A DNA stretch of 64,000 nt. It comes from an uncultured delta proteobacterium (GTDB lineage: Bacteria > Desulfobacterota > Binatia > UBA9968). The notes beneath the pieces were generated by a model that was not told the DNA's origin, ran no database searches, and was given only the letters and a program-made list of their open reading frames with translations. The stretch covers positions 1,312,001 through 1,376,000 of the forward strand of contig CAVSHR010000004.1 of the NCBI GenBank assembly GCA_963727625.1. Direction: 5' to 3'. The position numbers and the translations under genes were made by a program. Below, piece after piece: positions 59,932 to 64,000 of this stretch (position 1 is its first letter; every line of letters begins with the position of its first letter).

Positions 59932-60330
59932 TCATGACCGAACTCGCTCTGCTTCGATTAACTCGAGCGCTCGATTGCGCAGCTGCTCATCGGCGCTGAT
60001 CGTTTGATACAAGGCGGCGTAGCGCTCCATGCTGAGACCTTCTCGCTCCAGCGCCGCGCCAAATTTGGCAACCGCTTCCTGTTCGACACGGCCTTTCTCT
60101 TGAGGCGAAGTCGCACCGCCTAATTTTGGCTCGTACTCCGCGCGGATCTTGTGGAATTGCACGTAGGCTTTTGCAAACGCTTTGAGCTCGTTATCGCTGA
60201 TGGCCCGCTGCTTGCTCACCGACCCCTGATCCTGGGTTTTCGTTTGCGCGTGGAGCGCACTGAACGACCCGAACGACGCTAAAGGCAACAGCAATCCGAT
60301 ACCCAGCGTCAATCTTCGAAGTGTTTTCAT
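59932..60330 (-). CDS. DUF4168 domain exported protein
   Basis: Signal peptide; ISDNELKAFAKAY, EGLSMERY...DEQLR. Confidence 0.75.
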   Translation of the reverse strand: MKTLRRLTLGIGLLLPLASFGSFSALHAQTKTQDQGSVSKQRAISDNELKAFAKAYVQFHKIRAEYEPKLGGATSPQEKGRVEQEAVAKFGAALEREGLSMERYAALYQTISADEQLRNRALELIEAERVRS

Positions 60331-60561
60331 GGCCCTTCTCCTCATCCCGCCGGCAACCGGCGCGGGTCCTGGTCCGTCTTTAAAATTCGTCGCCTTGAAT
60401 CAAACCCAAACTCCGCGGCGTCGAACTGCAAGAGACCGCGGATGGTATGTCGGTTTGCGATTCGCACTGGCCGTGGCGGGTCGCAAACGTCGGCGATTTC
60501 GCCTACGGCATCGGAGGAGGCGCTGCACTAGCGCGCCCCTCCGATGCCTCATCGAGGCGCG

Positions 60562-60903
60562 CTAGTGCGCGCCCATGGGCGACTTGCCGCCCGCTTTGCG
60601 CGAATCGTTTGGATGAGCGGAGGGGGAATTCACCGACCCGCTCTTGTCCTCGGCGATCGCGCTGGCCACGCGCTTTTCACCCTTTTGGGTATACGTGACT
60701 CTTACCTTGTCTCCCGCTTTCACTGAGTTCGCACCCTTGGTCGCGCTGCTGATCGCTACGGTCTCTTTCCCGTCGGCGGTGTTCAGCACGATCTCCTGCT
60801 TCGACTTATTGATTTGTTGAACCGTGCCCTGCAACATGGCAGCCGACGCGGAAAACGCAGGCAAGAACAACAGAGCGATCAAGACAATAAAGGCCTTTTT
60901 CAT
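60562..60903 (-). CDS. Small secreted OB-fold-like protein
   Basis: Signal peptide; GTVQQIN, VKAGDKVRVTY; RBS AGGAGG. Confidence 0.7.
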   Translation of the reverse strand: MKKAFIVLIALLFLPAFSASAAMLQGTVQQINKSKQEIVLNTADGKETVAISSATKGANSVKAGDKVRVTYTQKGEKRVASAIAEDKSGSVNSPSAHPNDSRKAGGKSPMGAH

Positions 60904-61066
60904 CTTTATTCACCTCCTTTCTTGTTTATTTTTAGAACACTTCAAAAACCCAATTTTGAATCGAACACCGACGCGCGGTGTCGCCGGCTAGGAGCAGCAG
61001 CTTCGAGCCTGTGCTTGCGTCTCGCTTGGCATCGATCATCCTCATCGGTGTCGAATTAGTTATTTC

Positions 61067-61081
61067 GCAAGCCTCATGCCA
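61067..61081 (-). promoter_or_regulatory. Sigma54 promoter
   Basis: TGGCAT-GAGGC-TTGC. Confidence 0.65.
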
Positions 61082-61532
61082 GCATCGCGATGATTAGACA
61101 TCGGCTGAAAATAAAGAACTTACCGACGGGAGGGTCCGCCTTGTTCAATTCCGGTGTAGGTATTTCTTCGAACGACGTCGGAATATTGATTGCGGTGTTT
61201 TTCATGCACCAGGTAAAACCCGAACAATGATGACGCAGCAGTCTTCATCGAGATCCTGGCTTTTGTTAAGGACATTTGTCGGCCCAATTTCCTCTGGCTG
61301 GAGCCATAGCTGCCAACGCCGGTGACATAGGTTGATGATGTGCTTTTCACGTGCTTCAGAGAGACCGTTTCTCGCTTGTCTATGATGGGGAATCTTGCGC
61401 GACCGGCGCGCAATCAGGCACTCGCTTTAATTCGGAAATTTAGAAGGCAAAACCCCTTCAAAATGTTCCGAATAACTCCTACGCGATTTGGCCCCGATGA
61501 GCATTTCCAACGAGTTAGTCAGACAAGGAGTC

Positions 61533-61547
61533 TGGCATTCTGTTTGC
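61533..61547 (+). promoter_or_regulatory. Sigma54 promoter
   Basis: TGGCAT-TCTGT-TTGC upstream of the ExeA-like gene. Confidence 0.65.
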
Positions 61548-61660
61548 TCGCGTAGACGTAGACGAGGATGAGGGTCGGGGCAAACGTGCGACGATAAGAA
61601 CAGGCGATCCCTTGGCTTAGTCTCGCGGATGATATTTCGGAGTATGAAAATCTAGTCCTC

Positions 61661-63253
61661 ATGGAAACGCCTTCAGCCGAAAGTGCGCCCCGCTCAGCGC
61701 CCTTCAGCGGATTTCCTTCAGGCGGCTTCTTCTTTCGCGGCCTCCACATCGAAGAAATCTTGACGACGCTCCGCGCCAATATCGAAGCAAGAAGAAGCCT
61801 GACCGCCGTCATAGGCGAAGGGGGCAGCGGAAAGACCGCTCTGCTGAACAATCTCACCGCCGATTTGCGCGGCGACGTCATTCCCATCAGGACATCGAAC
61901 CCGCGGTTGAATTTCACCGGCATCCTGCGCCTGATCCAGTTCACCCTCGATCCGGAACTAAGCGCTGCGGAGGAAGACGCGCTGCTGGCGATCTGCAAGT
62001 ACTGCCTGCGCGCGCGCAGACGACAAAAGCAAATCATCGTCTTGATTCTTGACAACGCGCATCACCTCGCAGAATCGACCCTGAGCCGGCTAGCGCAAAG
62101 TTTTACTGAAACTGGTCCGCAGGATTACGACGGTCCGTTGTTGCAAGTAGTCTTCGCCGGCCGGCCGCAGCTGAAAACAGTGCTGCTGCAGGCCGCTCAG
62201 TCACCACCAAGCCAGCGCCCGGTGATCTGCGAGCTTGGCCCGCTGCGGGGCTTTGAGGTCGCTTCCTACATCGAGCAAGGGCTGCGCGCGGCTGGCTTGC
62301 CGTCTAAGTTATTCGAGCTTTCCGCCGTCGAGCAAATCGCCCGGTCAAGCAACGGCAATCCGGCTCGGGTCAACGCGCTTTGCAACCGCGCCTTGCAAAT
62401 TGTCGGCACAAGCAGCAGCGGACAAATGACCGCCGAGTTGATTCAGACCATCGCCCACGACCTCCATATGGGCGACGCTCGAGCCCAAGACCACGAACTG
62501 GTACGGGAAAAGATCGGGCCGGCCGAGAAGGATAACTCCACGGAATTTCAGTTCGGGGAGCCGAGCGCGACGGACGTCGTCGGCGAAACATTTCTACATT
62601 ATCATACCGGTTATGATCGCAATCGTCTTCTCCAGCCGCGCCGGATTATCAGGAGTGTGGCGCCGCTCGTCGCTCTTCTAGCACTGGCCGCGGGGGCCGG
62701 CGCGTGGAGCCAAACCAAGCCGGGAGCCAGTCAATTGACCCGCGTGAGCAGGGCGCTTTCGCAAATCTTTCCGTCGCTCTACCGTATCGCCGAGCCTCCA
62801 CGAGCTCAATCCTTTTCGGCGCCGATGGCGCTCCCGGCGATCCCTGAGGAGCCGTTCCCAAGCGCCTCTCATCCGGCTGCGCAGGAACGAGAGAGCAACG
62901 TACCACAAGCTGAGCAACCGCGGACCACTGCGGAAGCACCGGGTGATGCTGCTGAGGAAACCTTTGGATCGAGCGAAGCGGCACCACCGCGCGCACCTGC
63001 ACCGACACAGAAGCGGAACTTCCCGCCGACGCAAGCCAACACCTTCGAACCGCGCGACAAGTTGGAAGCCAAAATCATTCAGGCAATTTCGCATCGCGCG
63101 ATCATCGGTGTCGGTGTCTCCGTGGTTGGGGGCACGGCCATCCTCGAAGGCCATGTCGCTAGTGAACGGCAACGGCGAGCCGCCGAACGGGCTGCGCGCA
63201 GCGTGGATGGGATAGAACGGGTGCGTAACCGAATCACGGTCAGCGTTGGCTGA
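61661..63253 (+). CDS. ExeA/GspA-like AAA ATPase with TM segment and C-terminal BON domain
   Basis: GEGGSGKT, LILDNAHHL, VVFAGRPQL, SNGNPARVNALC; TM; AILEGHV...DGIERVRNRITV. Confidence 0.8.
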   Translation: METPSAESAPRSAPFSGFPSGGFFFRGLHIEEILTTLRANIEARRSLTAVIGEGGSGKTALLNNLTADLRGDVIPIRTSNPRLNFTGILRLIQFTLDPELSAAEEDALLAICKYCLRARRRQKQIIVLILDNAHHLAESTLSRLAQSFTETGPQDYDGPLLQVVFAGRPQLKTVLLQAAQSPPSQRPVICELGPLRGFEVASYIEQGLRAAGLPSKLFELSAVEQIARSSNGNPARVNALCNRALQIVGTSSSGQMTAELIQTIAHDLHMGDARAQDHELVREKIGPAEKDNSTEFQFGEPSATDVVGETFLHYHTGYDRNRLLQPRRIIRSVAPLVALLALAAGAGAWSQTKPGASQLTRVSRALSQIFPSLYRIAEPPRAQSFSAPMALPAIPEEPFPSASHPAAQERESNVPQAEQPRTTAEAPGDAAEETFGSSEAAPPRAPAPTQKRNFPPTQANTFEPRDKLEAKIIQAISHRAIIGVGVSVVGGTAILEGHVASERQRRAAERAARSVDGIERVRNRITVSVG

Positions 63254-63373
63254 GTAGCAACCGACCCCGGGATCATCCTGAACGTGAAATTAACCGGCGC
63301 GACGAAGAACCCGGCACCGCCATCCGCTTGGCGTCCGGCGAAACCCTCCCGGCACACCGGGTGATTTCCGTCG

Positions 63374-64000
63374 TCACCTTTCCAAGTCGTCGCTCGGCTG
63401 CAACGCCGATATTTTCCAACCTTGCCGCGGCCGGCCGATGATCCGGTTATTCTGCGCTCGATTGCCACCGAGGGAATCTTCGACCGCAAACGCTATGCCC
63501 GACGCTTCAACCACGTTGTTGCTCAACTCATTACCCAGCAGGGCGCCGCCGAGAGCCACGCCGTTGGCGAATCCTTGGACCTTGTTTTCGGCGACCAATG
63601 AGTTCTGCAGGCGGCGCAAATCGATGGCGAATTCCTTGCCGTTTCGCCCGTGATTTTCAAGAATATTGCCGACAATCGAAATTTTCTTAAACAGGATTCC
63701 CGCGACCGCCGAGGTATTGGCAAAGATGGTTTGCGCCGGCGCCGGCGCACCCGCCTCGATGCGAAAACGGTTGTTTTTGATTTCCAAATCTTCGAAAACA
63801 TTGCCGTCAGCCGGCTTGGAATTGTCCGGTGTGCCGATCCGTATACCGTAGCCTGCGGTCGTCGTCCGAATCACCTGATTGTTGGCGATCGAGATCCGCG
63901 TGAATCGACAGTGACGGTCGGTCGGCGGGTCGATGCCGACGCTGATGCCGGCGCCGAGCGGATCGACGATTTTATTGTTGACGATTTTGAAATCCTCGGC
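63374..64000 (-). CDS. Right-handed parallel beta-helix repeat protein (partial, starts beyond right edge)
   Basis: Frame open to 64000; repeated I.NN.I motifs (KIVNNKI, SIANNQV, EIKNNRF, SIVGNIL). Confidence 0.75.
   Translation of the reverse strand, partial: AEDFKIVNNKIVDPLGAGISVGIDPPTDRHCRFTRISIANNQVIRTTTAGYGIRIGTPDNSKPADGNVFEDLEIKNNRFRIEAGAPAPAQTIFANTSAVAGILFKKISIVGNILENHGRNGKEFAIDLRRLQNSLVAENKVQGFANGVALGGALLGNELSNNVVEASGIAFAVEDSLGGNRAQNNRIIGRPRQGWKISALQPSDDLER

Overview
Bacterial chromosomal window with moderately high GC. The gene repertoire resembles Deltaproteobacteria-like / Candidatus Binatia genomes (inference). 1-31.8 kb holds accessory metabolism and transport genes: a radical SAM enzyme, hydrolases, an HtrA-like protease, a thiol dioxygenase and rhodanese, three tandem MFS paralogues, VOC proteins and an Fe(III)-type ABC transporter. 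31.8-43.5 kb is a housekeeping block (rng, HNH, smc with tandem NrdR-like boxes, ftsY, IscA-family protein, rsmD, coaD, aminotransferase, NUDIX, tRNA-fMet). The main find is a ~5.5 kb element at 43525-49069 integrated in the 3' end of tRNA-fMet and bounded by a 24-bp att direct repeat. It encodes a non-IntI tyrosine integrase whose gene runs through the att site, HTH and RHH regulators and a putative HUH rolling-circle Rep. It also carries a promoter/attI-like region followed by three integron gene cassettes with attC sites, but no intI. Excision would swap the integrase C-terminus and place rep directly behind the RHH-HTH-int operon. A relic of a related element and a RAYT fragment follow. 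50-64 kb is a sigma54-associated cluster (EBP, histidine kinase, receivers, BON and glycine-zipper proteins, ExeA-BON) with seven -24/-12-like promoter motifs. Several single-base frameshifts could be sequencing errors. All family assignments come from motif recognition by eye; no database searches were run.
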